Positions 23,101 through 37,429 of a stretch of 64,000 nucleotides of DNA are shown in pieces. The first letter of the stretch is position 1; each line of letters starts with the position of its first letter. The notes under the pieces are model-generated. The model made no database searches. It saw only the letters and a program-made list of their open reading frames with translations, and was not told the origin of the DNA. Source of the DNA: Setoptus koraiensis (taxonomy: Eukaryota > Animalia > Arthropoda); assembly GCA_048013815.1 (NCBI GenBank), contig CM106585.1:4154001-4218000 (forward strand), written 5' to 3'. Both the position numbers and the translations under genes were made by a program.

Positions 23101-25141
23101 CTATTATTATCGTCGTCATTATTGTTGTTAGCTTTATTGATGCGGCCGCGGCGGCCTCTTTTGCGCGCCGTTGTCCAGCCAGAAAAACGTGCTCGCTTTT
23201 TATGCGCCAGGCTCTTTTTTGTCTCTTCTCTTTTCTGGCTTCTCTGGCTTCTCTGGCTACTCTGGCTTCTCTAACTTCTCTCTTCTGGCTTCGCTGGCTG
23301 CTCTTTTCTGGCTTCTCTGGCCTCGCTGGCACAAAAGAGCTCGCATGTCGTCACGAACGCATCGCCCAATGACACAATCGGCTCCAGCAAGCCAGCAGTG
23401 CACGCCGGCCCTGGCGCAATTTCGAAGCTTCGAAGCGTTCGCCGGCTTCGAAGCGCCGAAGCGCCGAAGCGTTCGCAGTGTTCGAAGCGCCGAGGCCACC
23501 AGATGGCCGCAATTGAATCACTCGCACTCACAGCCCGCGAGTCAGGGCACTGGGCGAAGTGGCCAGTGCGACTTGCATGACGGACGCCAACGACTGGCCA
23601 CCGGTGGCCGGACAGACGACACACGAACAGATTGCGGGAGTGTGTGTGTGTGTAGAAAGGATTCCTCCGACTTGGAAGCGCCTTCAAAGTTCGAGCGAAC
23701 GCCGTTGCACTCTTACGGCAACAGCAAACAACGGCAAAGAATTTGTTGTTTGGCCGGCGCAACATGACATGACGATGCCAAGCGAAAGTAACCGTTTTGT
23801 CGCAGCCACTTGTTGCTCCTCTCTCTCTCTCTCATGATTCTCTCATTTTAAACCGACACAAACGCACAACAAACACAACAACAAACACAACAACAAACAC
23901 AACAACAGCGCAACAACAGCGCAACAACAAGCGCAACAACGAACGCAACGACAAGCGCAACAACGACAAAGAGAGTGGCAAAGTCGCAGCAGCTTGCCGC
24001 AGGTATCGCTGCCGGTGGAGCCGTCGAGGCTCGGCCGAATGATAATAATTATCAACTGCTCTCTAAATACACACAAACTATTTATCTGGCGGCATCACAG
24101 GGCCGAGGACTGAGACAGCAAAATGAGTTTCTATTCATAAATAATGGCCCTTGTTGTCGATTGGCCCGTCCGCTTGTTGTTACAACTTGCAAAGCGCTCG
24201 TCAGTCGACACACAATACGTTTGTTGTTTGATTTGCAATCGTGATAAAATTGTCTTAGCGTTTCTCTCGCTGCGGCCGCGTCCGTCTCGGGCTGCGCCGG
24301 CCCGGCGCTAGTCGGCGCTGGTCGGCGCTGTTCGGCGCTAGTCGCCAATGGCGGCCAGCAGTCGGTTGCCCGACGCTGCAATCACGAACAACAACGCCAC
24401 TCTCGCTGCTCTTATCGCTACAACATCTCCTCAAATTGCAACAGGTAGGCAACGCATACCTGCCCACTGACAATGCGCGGCTAACTGTAGCTTGCCACTG
24501 TCCACTGTCCACTGTCGAGCGTTGTCCGAGCGGCCGGTGCGGACAGCGAGCCACTCTCACTATCGGGTTGCCAGTATCAATGCTCTGGCGATCAGCTGGC
24601 GAGGCCCACATCGTCATTAAGCGAGCGAGCGAGCCAGTGTGAGAGCCAGATAACGATCGCAACGCCACCACCATGAGATGACAACAAACCGGCGATACTC
24701 GCAACAGGTGAGCCAATCGGGCCAATTTGCGCGTTGCTGTCGCCCGTTGTTGTCGGTTGTTGTTTGTTGTCGCTGGTTGGTTGTTGTCGGTTGTTGCTTG
24801 TCGTCGCTGGTTGTTGCGCGTCTCGTTGCCTGCTGGGCCAGCAGTGCTGGCTGGCCCTCTGACGGCCAATGGCCACAAACAAACAGCCACATGTTGCTGC
24901 TGCTCATGTGCCAACAACAATAATGGCAACCGTTTAACGCACCGTTTCGCTTTATTGCATCATTATCGCTGCCGGTGTTGGCCGAGCGGCCAATTCAGGC
25001 CAACGGCGCCACTTGGCTCAAATTGGCTCGCTGGCCAGACGCCCACCAATCGGATCGGAACCGGCAAGCTGTGTCGCACAGGTAGCCGGTACTCGCTGCC
25101 GTGCCACTGCTCGCTGCTGTTGTTGTCTCGCTACTAGTGAG

Positions 25142-25237
<96 letters not shown>
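25142..25237. repeat. (ACA)32 perfect microsatellite
   Basis: Seen directly (96 nt). Confidence 0.98.
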
Positions 25238-28200
25238 GCGGCAACAATTACGCAAGGCACATACGCAATTTTAGTGCGCATCATCATTAGCGCATTACAA
25301 CGACAGCGTTGTCACACACGTTTGTTTGTTTATTTGCTGTGCCATCATGTAACAGTGTCATGATAACTGTCCGCTGTCATCATAACACTGTTACGTAATA
25401 TGGCATGGCCACGCAAACTTCCTCTGCGACACACACACACACACACTGCGACGCATAGTGTGTGAGCGACAATTGTTTGTTTTTGCAGCCACTTGTTGCT
25501 CGCCGTCCAACTGGCCCGACTGACCAACTGGCCACACTGGTCAGACTGACTGCGTTAGAGCAGCGCGTCCGAGTGTAACGGTCGCAGAGGCAACTAGCGA
25601 GCGGCTGATGATCGCTGTCAAATGAATGAATTGTGTAATCATTCGACAACGGCCAACGTGATTGCGTAACCGCCAGCATAACGGTCAGCAGCAGCTTAAA
25701 ATCACTTTCGCTCTTGTTGCCGTCTTGCCAATTGGCGAACGCATGTGGGCACCTGTTGGCCGCATGACGGCCAAGCCAATGGCCCAAATGAAGTGCACAA
25801 TGTTGTGCCTAATGATCGTGACTAATGATGCTCGCGTTAATTGTTGTCATTGTTGCCAATTTGCACACACACACACACACACACACAAGTTGTGTGACGC
25901 AACAGTGTGTTGTGACAACACATTGTGCGCACAATGTGTGAGCATCCATTGTGAGCGACCAGCACACCGGTCAGCTGACAACTGTCAACTGTCAATTGTG
26001 CGGCAATTGTCAACTGTCAACTGTCATCTGTCAACAAGGCACTTGATGCAATTTCTCTTTGATATTTGCCAAGGCGCCCACTGCTCGTTGGGCTTGGCCG
26101 GCCGACAAACTGCAGCGGACAGAGTGCAGCAGAGGGCGCGCATTGACGCTTGTTCGGGCTGTTTTTTAAATTGTTGCCAACGACAAGTCGATTTGTTTGC
26201 CGGCCGGCCCGTGTAATTGCCGGCCGGCAACTGTGAGCGAGCGGCCAGCGGATTGGCCGGCAAATTATGCAACGAGCAGCGCTGATTTTATCAATTATTG
26301 TTGTCATGTATCCACTCATTAGGCATTGACGGCGGGCCGGCGGGCCGGCCGGACGGAACACGGCGAGCGGCCAATCGGAAGAGCCAATCGAGTTTGCGGT
26401 GGAGCGACAAGCGCGCAACTCAAACAGTCCCTCGAAGCGGCAAAACAAACAATCCGTTTGTCGGGCATCGATGGTCTCACGCAGCCAGTTGACGCCAATA
26501 TAATTTAAATTTTAAAAAGAAGCTTAATATCATGAATTATGCAAATCAGCCGATGGTTGCAGCCGATGGTTGCAGCGGCTGTCGGGCGGCCGATTGGATC
26601 GTGTGCGCACTATTGTCAAATTGTGCCCATTCCGGCAATCTCTGTTGGCCATCGGCCGGCCAGATTTGTTTCAAGAGATTTGCAGAGTTTGCAATAATTG
26701 CCAGATCGCCAATTGCACGGCGCAACGCCGAGTTCCTGTGTCCGACAATGACAATCCGTCTGTGCCTTATCTCTGCCGGTTTATCCGGCTTGCATGGCCG
26801 GCTTGCACGAACGGCCGGCGCTGTCGTTGTTGCTGCTGTCGTTGTTGCTGCTGTCGTTGTTGCTGCTGTCGTTGTTGCTGCTGTCGTTGTTACTGCTGGG
26901 CCGGCGCTGTCGTCGTTGTTGTCGGGCCGGCTCGGCGTGGCTCGGCGTGGCTCGGCGGCCACGTTCGGGCCGAACGATCGCCGGCGATCCAAGAGATTGA
27001 TTCAAAAGCGAAAGTCGTGATTTGCGCAGATAGAGACGTCGCTCTGTCTCAATATTGTATGCTAATTTTTGACAATTGACGCCGGCTTTCGCTGGCTGTC
27101 ACTCGAGTCAATCACAGCGTTTGTGTGTTTGTTGCCTTGTTGTTCAGCTTTTGCGTTTCCAACAAACAGCCCAAAAGCGAGCTCGCCACTCATCGGACCA
27201 ATGGCTAACAAAGTCGCTAATTATAATTAACGTCTCGGCTCGTTTTGGATAGATTTGGTTAGATTTGGTTAGATTTAAATTGTTGAAATGATAATGGCGC
27301 TAATAGAAATAATCGTTTCGCTGGCCGTACACACTGTTGATTTCTCTAGCGTACACACTCGGCTAATGTCATTGTTTGTGTCCATCACATTTGCATGTTT
27401 GTTGCAAATTATTTATAATGTTGCTTTTGTGCCTTGTCCGTCATTGGTTGGCGTTATTCGTTGCGCGTTCATTCAATCATTGCGCGTCCATTGGTGGATG
27501 TCGTTGATGGCGAGCGGCCCTCGCTGACAGCCGCTCGCCGACCGGCCGTCCCGTTGGCCCGCTCGGCCCGCTGCTCGTCTGCCCGATCAACCTTGAATTG
27601 TCGCACCGCTTATCAGCCCGCCAATTGGCAGCTACAACGACGGCGACAGCGACTACGACGACAGCGACAACAACGACAGAGACAGCGACAACAACGACAC
27701 AGACAGCGCCGCTTGATGAGATAAGAGCGGCCATCATTATAACGCAATCAACAGGCACGCACAATTAAATTAGCCTGCCCAATTGTTGCCAGCGACAATC
27801 GGCTGACAGGGGGCCGATTTGCATGATTAAATTGAATTGCCGACGCGATTGAATCGCGAGTGTCACTGGCTCGTCGCGAGGGTCGCACTTGGCGTCTTGC
27901 AACGGCATTCGGTGTTTCCAATAGCGTATTTGTGAGATGGCCCTGTTGCGCAACCACTCGTTTCAGCGAACGGGCTCGTCTCGATGCATTGGCCCGTTTG
28001 AGAGCAGCGGCTCGCTCGAAATTCGAGTGAATCGTCTGCACGGTTGCTGTTCGGGCGACTGTTTGCCCGAGTTTGTGAGTCGCTGTTGGGAATCGCAATC
28101 AATTATTGGCGGCTCGGCAACAGGTTGCCAGTGCGCCCATTGGCTCCGACGCAGTCGACGCAATCAATGCAGCCGATGCAGCCGACGGTGCCGACGATGC

Positions 28201-31200
28201 CGACGATGCAATCGGCCAATCGATGCCACCAGTGGGAGCCCGCGAACGAGTTCGGGCCAGTGTGCGGCGCAACAATACCGCCGACAGGTATTATCCGCTG
28301 CCTATGCGGAATCTCTCAATGAAACGAGAGGGTTGTCAGAAACAAAAGTGACCGCCAGAAATAGAGCTCGCTCGCCATTCTGGCAGAATCGTTGTTTGTG
28401 CTGCCACTGGCCACTTTCGGCTGCCGCCAGCAGCCGCCAGCAGCCGCCAACAACCACCGACAACCGCCGACAACAAAGGCAAACTGCCTTTGGTGGCCGA
28501 GACGCCTAAAACAATGGACTGGACACAACAAACGCCGTTGTTACACATATTACGCTCGCTGGCGATCCCGGCCGGCGCTTCGAAGGGCTCCGATTGGGAC
28601 GCTTCCAGTTCGAGCGCTTCCAATTCGAGCGCTTCCAATTCGAACGCCGAGCGCTTCGAACGTCGAATGCCGAATTTCGAACGCCGAATTTCGAACGCCG
28701 AACGCTCCGAACGCCGAACGCTCCGAAACAAGCGGCGAGGTGCGCTTGCGTAACGAGCGCTTTGTTTTGTTGCACGGTGACGGCGCGCTTGTTGCTCAAC
28801 TCACGTTGCCCTGTTCATGTTGCCGAGGCAGCATCATGATGCGACCGGCCAACATGAGCGACCGGCCAATGCAGTCACCTGAGCCGCGTCTGAGCGACGT
28901 CTGACTCGGACCGTCGGTCGCTTGGCGATGTCCGAGCTTCAGATATCGCTCAGAGGACACGGCAGCGGCAGCAGCAGTTTGTTTGAAAATTGGATTGGAG
29001 TGGCAACTCTCGATAGTTGATAGACAATTGCGACTTGACGGCAGCGACGGATAATCATGTTGGACATGACACACCAGTACGCTCGCCCGAAGCGCCCGGC
29101 CAACACAATCGCCAAGCCAGACAAATCGGTCTTGGCGAGCTCGCCGCGATGCAGAGCTGCAGACTCCGATGGAGAGACCGATGGAGAGTCCGATGGAGCG
29201 ATGGCAAGATCGATCACTTTTGTTGCTCATTTTTTGCCCGCCGACCGACCGACCGTCGACGTGAGCCGCCGTGAGATGGATAAGCAAAAAATTGTGTTCG
29301 CCTTCTGGCTTCTTCAATTGGCTTCTTCAATCGGCTCGCCACACGCACCAGCGCACTCGCACTGGCATTGAGACTCAATAGCGACTCTCACGTCGGGACT
29401 CTCGAATCGAGAGTCGCAATCGGCGCCGGCCATTGTTAATTGGAACGCTGGCTATTAAAAGTGTGCTCGTTTTTTGCTTGACCGTTACATTTTTGGCTCG
29501 CTTTTTCTCTGCTCGTCGCCGGCCCGTCGCTGGCTCGTTGACCGTTAAACGTTGCAGAGCGAACGGTGAAAAATGATCTCACTGAGCGGCGCCCGCTCGG
29601 CCGCCGCTCACTTGCCAGGGTATATTTAGAATGGAGCCATTGATGACCGTGAAGCACCACTGACAGCCATTGTAACAGGTGATTTCGGCCGTTGTTGTTG
29701 TTGTTGTTGCTGTCGAAAACTGATAACTTGCGCTGCAGTTCATCAATGTGATTGCATGCGTTTGTTGCGTAACAGCGGCTCACAGCGCTCCTCTTCTGTC
29801 GGCCTTACGTCGGCCGCCGTCGTATTGCGACGGCCATCGGCCATACAACGGCCATCGGCCATACAACGGGCGGCGAGCGAGCGCATCGTTTGCACATTTG
29901 CGCTCGCTCGCCGCTATGACGCAAGCGCGGGCCGATCTCGCCCGAGCTTGCTCGTCCGACCCGCCACTCGTTTGTTGAGCGCCGAGTTTGTGCCGACAAC
30001 AAACGACGGGCGCTTCGTGTGACGGGCGTCCGCTGGCGCGACCGGCGCGACCGAGCGACCGAGGCGACCGGAGAGCGAGTTCGAGCGCGACGAATCGAAT
30101 TTGATTCGATCCGATCGAAGCGAGTTCGAGCGTCGATCGAAGCCGGCCGAAAATTCGCAAGCGGCTGGCCGCAGAAACTCTCGCACAGTTTCTCCGGCCG
30201 GCCTGGCGCAATTTCCCGAGCGAGCGACAGTCGCGGGCACGCAGCAGCGGCCAGCGTCGGCCAGCACCGGTCAGCATCGGGCCGCTGCGGAGCGGCGAAT
30301 CGATTATCGCCCGGCGCGGTAATAAGAGACCGGTCGGTCACTGGTCGTTCGAGGCTTCACCGGTCGTTCGAGGCTTCGCTCGTTGGCGCATTGCGGGCAC
30401 GGTCTCCGGTGAAACGGTCTCGAGCATGCCCGCCACTTTGAGACGGCGCCAACAGCTGGCCGCAGCGGCGGGCCGCAACATCCGATTGGCCGAATGTGTT
30501 GTGCAGCAGAATCGGGCCGAACATTTGTATGTAATGTTGGCCGATGTAACGCCAATCGAGCCAGCCGATCGATGCGCCGGGGTATTCGTAGACACGAGTG
30601 GTTGTGGGCGTCGGGTGGCACGGTGCAGCGGACGGCCGCAAACGGAGACGGCGGGCATGGCGTTGCGGCGAGTTTTGGCGGGTGGCTTGGGCGTTTGGGA
30701 GGTTGGCGCGCGAGCGGACAAACTAATATTAGTCGCATATTATTATTTATCATGGCATTGGGGTCACGCATCGCGCCGGCCCGATGACACGATGCCAACA
30801 GCATCTGACAACGTAACGGGTTTTTGTTGTTTTGATGATGCAACTCGAGCGAGCACAAAACAAGGATAACTCTCTCTGTCTCTGTCTCAGCTGTTTGTGG
30901 CGTGTATTGCGTAATAATAATCGCAACACAACTTACGTAATCGTAAGACTCACTGTTATGCAATCATAACACTGTTATGATAGCAGTGTTATGAGTGAGT
31001 GTTGCATAACGGTGAGTGTTACGCCAACGCGCCGCCGCACTGATTTCGATCATTGATCAATGGGCCGCTAATCAATGGGCGCGATTGAAAGTTTGATCGG
31101 CGCGATGCGCAGCTTTCGCCCGCGCGGTCCGCAGCTTTCGTCTGCGCGGCCGGGGCGGCCCGATCCGGCCCGGCAAGCGGCCAAACAAACAATGAATAAC

Positions 31201-31418
31201 GATTCAGCGGGTCATGGCAGCGGCGGCGGCGCCGGCAACGCCAACAAATTATCGCCGGCCAGTTTGTGCGGCCGGCATCAATTATATCGCCGAGGGGGCT
31301 AATAACTTTGATGCCCATTAACGCTCGCCACGCTTCGCCGGCTCGACGGCTCGGCAGCTCGGCGGCCAATTTGGGCACACACACTCAAAACAATATTATC
31401 CATTGCCTATTATGCATT

Positions 31419-31503
31419 GTCGGGCCATTATTATTAGCCTAATGCCGTTATTATTAACACCGTCATTATTAATAGCATTAGGCTAATAATACCGGCGGTC
31501 GAC
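31419..31503 (-). ncRNA. Pre-miRNA-like hairpin in the pawn-like intron (sense orientation)
   Basis: Perfect 17-bp inverted repeat tattattagcctaatgc (31429-31445) / gcattaggctaataata (31475-31491). On the minus strand pairing extends towards a 3-nt loop, and an imperfect basal stem of about 11 nt is present. It matches no miRNA I recognise. Confidence 0.3.
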
Positions 31504-33393
31504 GCGCCGACCCGCCAGCGACCGACCGACCGCTAATGATGGCCAACAATGGCCGCTGGTCAACGGCCAGCAACAGATCGGCCAATCGCGGCGAGCCAAT
31601 CACAGCCAATCGCAAAGCCAATCACCGAGCCAATAATGACGAGCAATAAACAAGAGCAACATCAACCGAAGCGGCTGAGTGATTGGTTTTAGTTTTGAAT
31701 TTGTGCGCCCATCATCACTGACACTGCCGCTCGCCGGCGATCCAGTTATGCAATCGTCCCGACAGACAGAATTGGATTATCCAATTTGGATAGCAATCGG
31801 CCAAACATGCGCGGATATTTAGCAAATTGGATCAGGCTCGGCTGGCGTGTTGAGACTCTCAACGTGAGAGCGCTCGCGCTGGCCCGCTTCGGGTCGCGCC
31901 GGCCCGCAGCGGACTGGCAGCGATTGAATGCGAATCCCATTGAGCGGACTCATCAATTGATTGCGATCGCATGAAACAGAAACGAGATCACACTCGACTC
32001 AAGACTCGACAGTGCCAACCGTTGGCAGCCAACGGGCATCAACGGATGCCAACGGGTATCAACGGGATGCGCGCCAATCACGGTGTGATTATCGGGTGAA
32101 TATCGGACGTCGGCGCCCGTTGATCCCGTTGATCATCAACCGTTGATTATCAGCCGTTGATCATCAAGCGTTGATCATCAAGCGTTGATTATCAGCCGTT
32201 GATAGGATCAGATAGGCAGATTGGGCCGTCAGCGCCGTTGCAAGGCCGAGTCCAATTGTCAATTGATGGCCGCTAATGGGCGCACTATCGACACCTTGCC
32301 CACGGCCGCCCATTATTATTTATTTGCCACTATTACCGTAATAATATTACGGCACGCCAATTCATTATTTATTGCATACATACGCCATAGATTTGCCGAT
32401 TTATGGCCAGAGAGCGCTAATTAGATGATATAATCAAATCAAATCACTGCTACATGGGACTTGCATGATACTTGCATGAATCGCTGATTGGGAATGAGCC
32501 TCATTCAATAAGGCGACGGATGAGTATGCAATCGAAGGACATCGTTGGTCAGCTTGGCGCGCTGACGACGGCGCCCATTTGGCCGCTGCTCTAATTGATT
32601 AATGGCTCGCCTAATTAGTGTGACCGTGCGCTCATAAATTGTGTCTATATATACACATGCACTATAAATATTGTGTAATGTGTATAAATATTAACAACGG
32701 TCGACATTGGCACAATAGAGATGAGCTATTTCCATCAACATGCCAACAGGCCAACAGCGCATGAATAGAGCCGCTCAGGTGAACAGAGGTCAAGCGAGGT
32801 CGGCCAGTCATTGCGTCATTGCAGCGAGTTTAGTTATAACTTACAAACGTTATAACTTATAAGTATAACTGAACGTACGTGCGATTATTAAATCATTATT
32901 GCGTAAGAGAGCCCGCTTGCAATAAGATTTTAGAACGGTTGCGCAAGAGCGCTGGCCGGCCAACAGAGCGACAGAGCAATAGAGCAATAGAGCAATAGAG
33001 CGTCAAATAACGGTGAATGAATGACGGCCAATGAATAACGGGACTCTCTTTTTACAACGACAGCCAACAACGCTTTTGCGAGCTTCTTTTCATTCACTCT
33101 CCTGCAATCTCTTTCGCTGCCTTTCGCTCGCGCTGTCCGCTGTCCGTCGGCCGCCTCTACAGGTGACTTGGCCAATTTTTATTTGCGGCACCGTTACACG
33201 GCTGCAACTGACCAATGCGATTGGCCGATCGCAAGCTCGAACTGGCCAACTCGTCCGACTCAATGGTCACTCTCTGTGGCCGGCCAACACAGTGTGTGTG
33301 TGTGAGCTCGGGGCGTTAATAATGAGAACGAGCTTATTCATTAAGCTGTTGCGCTTGAAAGGTGAGATTTTCTCTCACTTGCATTCTGTCAGA

Positions 33394-33431
<38 letters not shown>

Positions 33432-36312
33432 TCTTCAGCCAGCTCACCTGTGCTCACCTGTGCCGATTGTCACACGCACGCCCATGCCTATTTAGGCTAC
33501 TAGCGATGCTGCTCGCCGATGCCCAGCTCACCTGTCGCGGCCTCACCGTTGGCCGACTTGCCTGCCTGTCGCGAGAGGGCGCCCTCGAACAGTGTACGGC
33601 CCGAGCACTGGCCCGAACGCTAGCCTGAATACTATTCAGTGAATACTATTCAGTGAATAGCAGTGGCCAAACTGACCAGTGGCCAAACTGACCAGTGGCC
33701 AGATGAGCGCATCATCGCTGGCTGAGACGCTCATTTTATGATGCAATTGAGACTGGTCATTTGGCTTGCCAGCAATAGAAAGAGTGAGAGAGAGAGAGAG
33801 AGCAGTAATGAATTAAACAACACATTCAATGATGTCTTTGTCAGTTGCGGGTTGCGTCACGTAAATCAGGTGCGTAGAGCTGCACAGAAATGGCCCACTA
33901 ACGCAGCTACGCATACAGTTACGCAACCGTGCGCAGCCAACAGGTGAGCCAACAGGTGAACAGGTAACAACAAGAGCGGCGGCATCAACTTTCGCTTTAT
34001 CGCGTACAGCACTGTCGCACTGTTGACTGGCTGTTGGCACTTGTAAATGAATGAGAATCCGTTTGTTTGTGTGAGTTAGTTAATGGCAAACAAGCAACAA
34101 CAACAACAACGCTCACCATGACAACAGTTACAACTGGTGTGAAGAACACACATTTGTTGCTGTTGTTGTTGCTGTCGTTGTTGTCGTTTTTGTTGTTGTT
34201 GTCGTTGTTGTTGTTGTTGCTGTTGTTGTCGAAGTGTTCGCAAACAACAGCAGCCGGCATAGTGGCACAGCGATGATGCCACGATAAGCGTTTGTGTAAT
34301 AAGTTGTTGCTGTTGATGGCGTCGAAACAAGCCGCACAACGGGCCGCTCGTTTGTTGTGGGCAAGCTGCGCAAGCTGCCAGCGACGACGCTTAATTAAAG
34401 ACGCTAATTAATGTCCCGTTATATACCGGTTGTTTAATAACTCTCTCTCTGGCTGTGATAGCTCAACAATGCGGCATTATGACCGTTATCATGACTCGGC
34501 AACAACCGTTGTGCATCGTGCGCTATCAGTGGCACACCTTTTGCCTTTTTGTGCCCCTACCAAATGGTCAGTGTTGTTGCTGTTGTTGTTGTTCAACAAC
34601 AGCGGTTGTCCAACAACAGCGGTTGTTCGACAACAACAGTTGTTGCCGTTGCATGCAACATACAAATAAAATAAATCACTCACACATGCCGTTACGTAAC
34701 AGCGCTCGCTTACAGCGCCGTCGCCATCGTTACGTAACGACAATCGGCGCTCTCGCTGGCTTCTTGCTCTGGCAAAGATGCTCCGACGGTGCCGTCGTTG
34801 TTGCTGTTGTTGTTGCTGTTGCTGTTGCCGCTGTTGTTGCTGCTGTTGTTGCTGCTGTTGTTGCTGCTGTTGTTGCTGCAGCCGCAACAACAACCAGTTT
34901 GTGTCTCTTTTGTGCCAGCAGCACACAATGCGCATGAATATGAATCCTTGCGAGCATATTTATATTTATACCTGCATTTATCGCTGGTCAGCTTGTTAAA
35001 GAGTGTGTTTGTTTGTTGGAGAGGCGCACCTTCGGTCACTTTCTCTATTGCCAGTCACCGTTATCGGCGATACACACATAGAGAGAGAGAGAGAGAGAGG
35101 GCTCACTTCCGTTCTGGTTGCCGTTCGAATTTCGCTAAGATAATGGCCGCATTAGCATGCAACAATAACATTATTTCTGGCGTTGCTCGGCTGGCCGTGC
35201 GGCTATTAATTTCCCTCGCTCGCTCTGTCCGTTTGTTTGTTTGTTTGTTTGTGTGTTTGTCAATGTCTCATCCGTCCCATTTCGCAATGTGCGATATTCA
35301 ACAACAGCAACAACAATTATTATTAACAAGTGTTACAACAATTACGTAACGACAATCCATCCATTATCGCCTCCCCGCAGCGAGCTGTTGCGTCGGCCTG
35401 TCGGATATCGCTTTTAGAAACGGTCGCTTCTCGCTTCGCTGCTGGTATCCGCTGCTGCAACAGAATTTGTGCTGACACACAAATTCGCAATTCAAACAAC
35501 TCTCTTCGACGATTGCGAAATTCTGTCGGACATTGGCGAGGATGCGGCGCTCATTAAGACGAATCAATCGCTGTGTTGCGTCACTGTTATCACGACCACA
35601 GCCGATTATCAGGCGTTTTAATTCGTATTGTTTCTCACACACACACACACTTTGATAATCAAAGTTTGATTTTCATTTGTAGTGACGCCGAGCGACGGCA
35701 AACGGACCAGCCAAAAGTTGGCCGAATTGGCCGGCTTTTATGCGGCCTTTTATGGCCGACGAGCCGGAGTTTTGAGTTATGAGCCGGCCGCGGTGAACAA
35801 TTGGCGTCTATCCGGCTGCCAAACAACAGCAATCATCACTCCTCGTTGTTTTGGCGGCTGGGCCGGCCAAAAACGTCGTTTTGGCTGTCGAGTGCCCTGG
35901 CCGCGAATGCCGCTCATTTGCGGAACCGGCCCGACTCCGAACGGCACGCAAGCTCGGACAGAGCGGGCCGCGCGGCCGGTCAGCCGACCCGACGGGCAGC
36001 GGATGGCCCGAGCGTGCGAAATGAATATATCGAATATACGAAACGAAATCGAATATACGAAATAGAGTCAAATCAAAGCGGAGCGCCCACTCATCGATTC
36101 TGGCAGCTCCGTCAACGCCGGCACACAGGGATGCAATATTTGCATCTCATTAGCGTCGACGCAAGCCCATTATACTGTCTATTATTATACTGTCGCTCCG
36201 GCGCGCTCTAATTTAGGCCAGTGCGCTAGGTTATTGCTCGGTGGTTATTATTGAAATTGATTAGCGAAAATTGAATGCTTAAAAGCCTGGCAACGTTACG
36301 CAATATCCGTTC

Positions 36313-36421
36313 GATATTACATAATTTTGTAATATCATGATATGGTGAGCCGCGAGAGGGCGAAACTCTCGCGCCGAGTGCTGACAAGCACTCGCGATTT
36401 TGCTCAGCAAAATTTGCTGAG
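36313..36421. other. Cluster of four adjacent perfect stem-loops just inside the 5' splice site of the giant intron
   Basis: gatattaca-6nt-tgtaatatc (36313-36336); cgcgagag-7nt-ctctcgcg (36351-36373); cgagtgct-4nt-agcactcg (36375-36394); ctcagcaa-3nt-ttgctgag (36403-36421). Also the palindrome atatcatgatat (36332-36343). Confidence 0.85.
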
Positions 36422-36453
36422 ATTCAGTTGAGAGCGATTGTTGTTGCACTTAC

Positions 36454-37365
36454 CTAGACTGATTTGCTGGGCCGATTCGGGACTGAGCCGGAGCACTCCG
36501 TCGGCGTCTATGACGCTGTCCATTTGGGCGCCGACGCTCATCGGTTGTTCGCCGGACGCGTCCTCGCTACTTGAGGTAATTGTTTCCAGTTTGGTAACAG
36601 GTTGCGCAACCATGGGCTCATTTGCATTTGCGTCTCGCATGGTGTACATGTAAACGTATTCTGTCATGTAGGTCTTTTTCGCCTGTGCCAACTCGTTTGC
36701 GTCCACCGTTCGCGTCGCTCTCACTAGAGGGCGATTTCGCTGCTGCTGTTGCTGCTGTTGCCTCAGTTTGGGCCTGTTGATTCGCTGCTGGTTTCCGGTC
36801 TGAGACGGTGGCTGGTTTCCGGTTTGCGGCTGCTGGTTTTCGGTTTGAGACGGTGGCTGCTGTACGGACACCGCCGACTGCAAGGCGTTGTCCAGCGCCA
36901 GGGTGGGCGTGACGGACGATGGCGGCAATTGCGCCAATCGGGTGAGCGCTATCACCGGGCCGCGGCTGCCCGACGCCAGACCCAGCACTTCGGTCAGTTC
37001 CTGATTGGAGGCGCTCACCGTCGACTTGACGTTCACTATCGTGGTGCCTCTGCCCTTCACCTTGCTGCTCACCAGCGTTTGCCGGTCGCCGGCGGCCGGC
37101 GCCAGCCCAGTGGGCCTCACCTGTTCACCTGTGCTGTCCAGCTGACCGCTGTTGGCCAGTTGGTTGATGAGTTGAGCGTTGAGCGTGGCCAATTGCGTCG
37201 ATCTGACGGTGGACTCGTGCGACGTTTCTAACGTGTGCGTGCCGTGCAACACAGTGGTCAAATAAGTGTAAATAGTTGCGTAAGTGACCGGCACAACGGG
37301 CGTTTGGCCGTTGTTTGCGGCCACTATGGCCTCTAGGTCGGCGTCGCTGAACGACACCGGCTCAA

Positions 37366-37429
<64 letters not shown>

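Larger units (their letters stand above)
14980..36453 (-). other. 21,474-nt intron of the pawn-like gene (split into 4.4 kb + 16.8 kb if the 19384-19659 exon is included)
   Basis: Donor CTA G|gtaagt at 36453 and acceptor aacag at 14980 are both phase 1. The five-exon CDS starting at 40390 totals 9,804 nt, divisible by 3 (3,267 aa). Confidence 0.75.

Noticed and set aside
29436-29783. Minus-strand ORF (HIDELQRKLSVFDS...HLLQWLSVVLHGHQWLHSKY) as a further pawn-like exon
   Set aside because: A phase 1-1 pair (ttatcag / A|gtgagc) can be drawn, but there is no pyrimidine tract or branch point, the donor is weak, and the peptide does not resemble the other exons.
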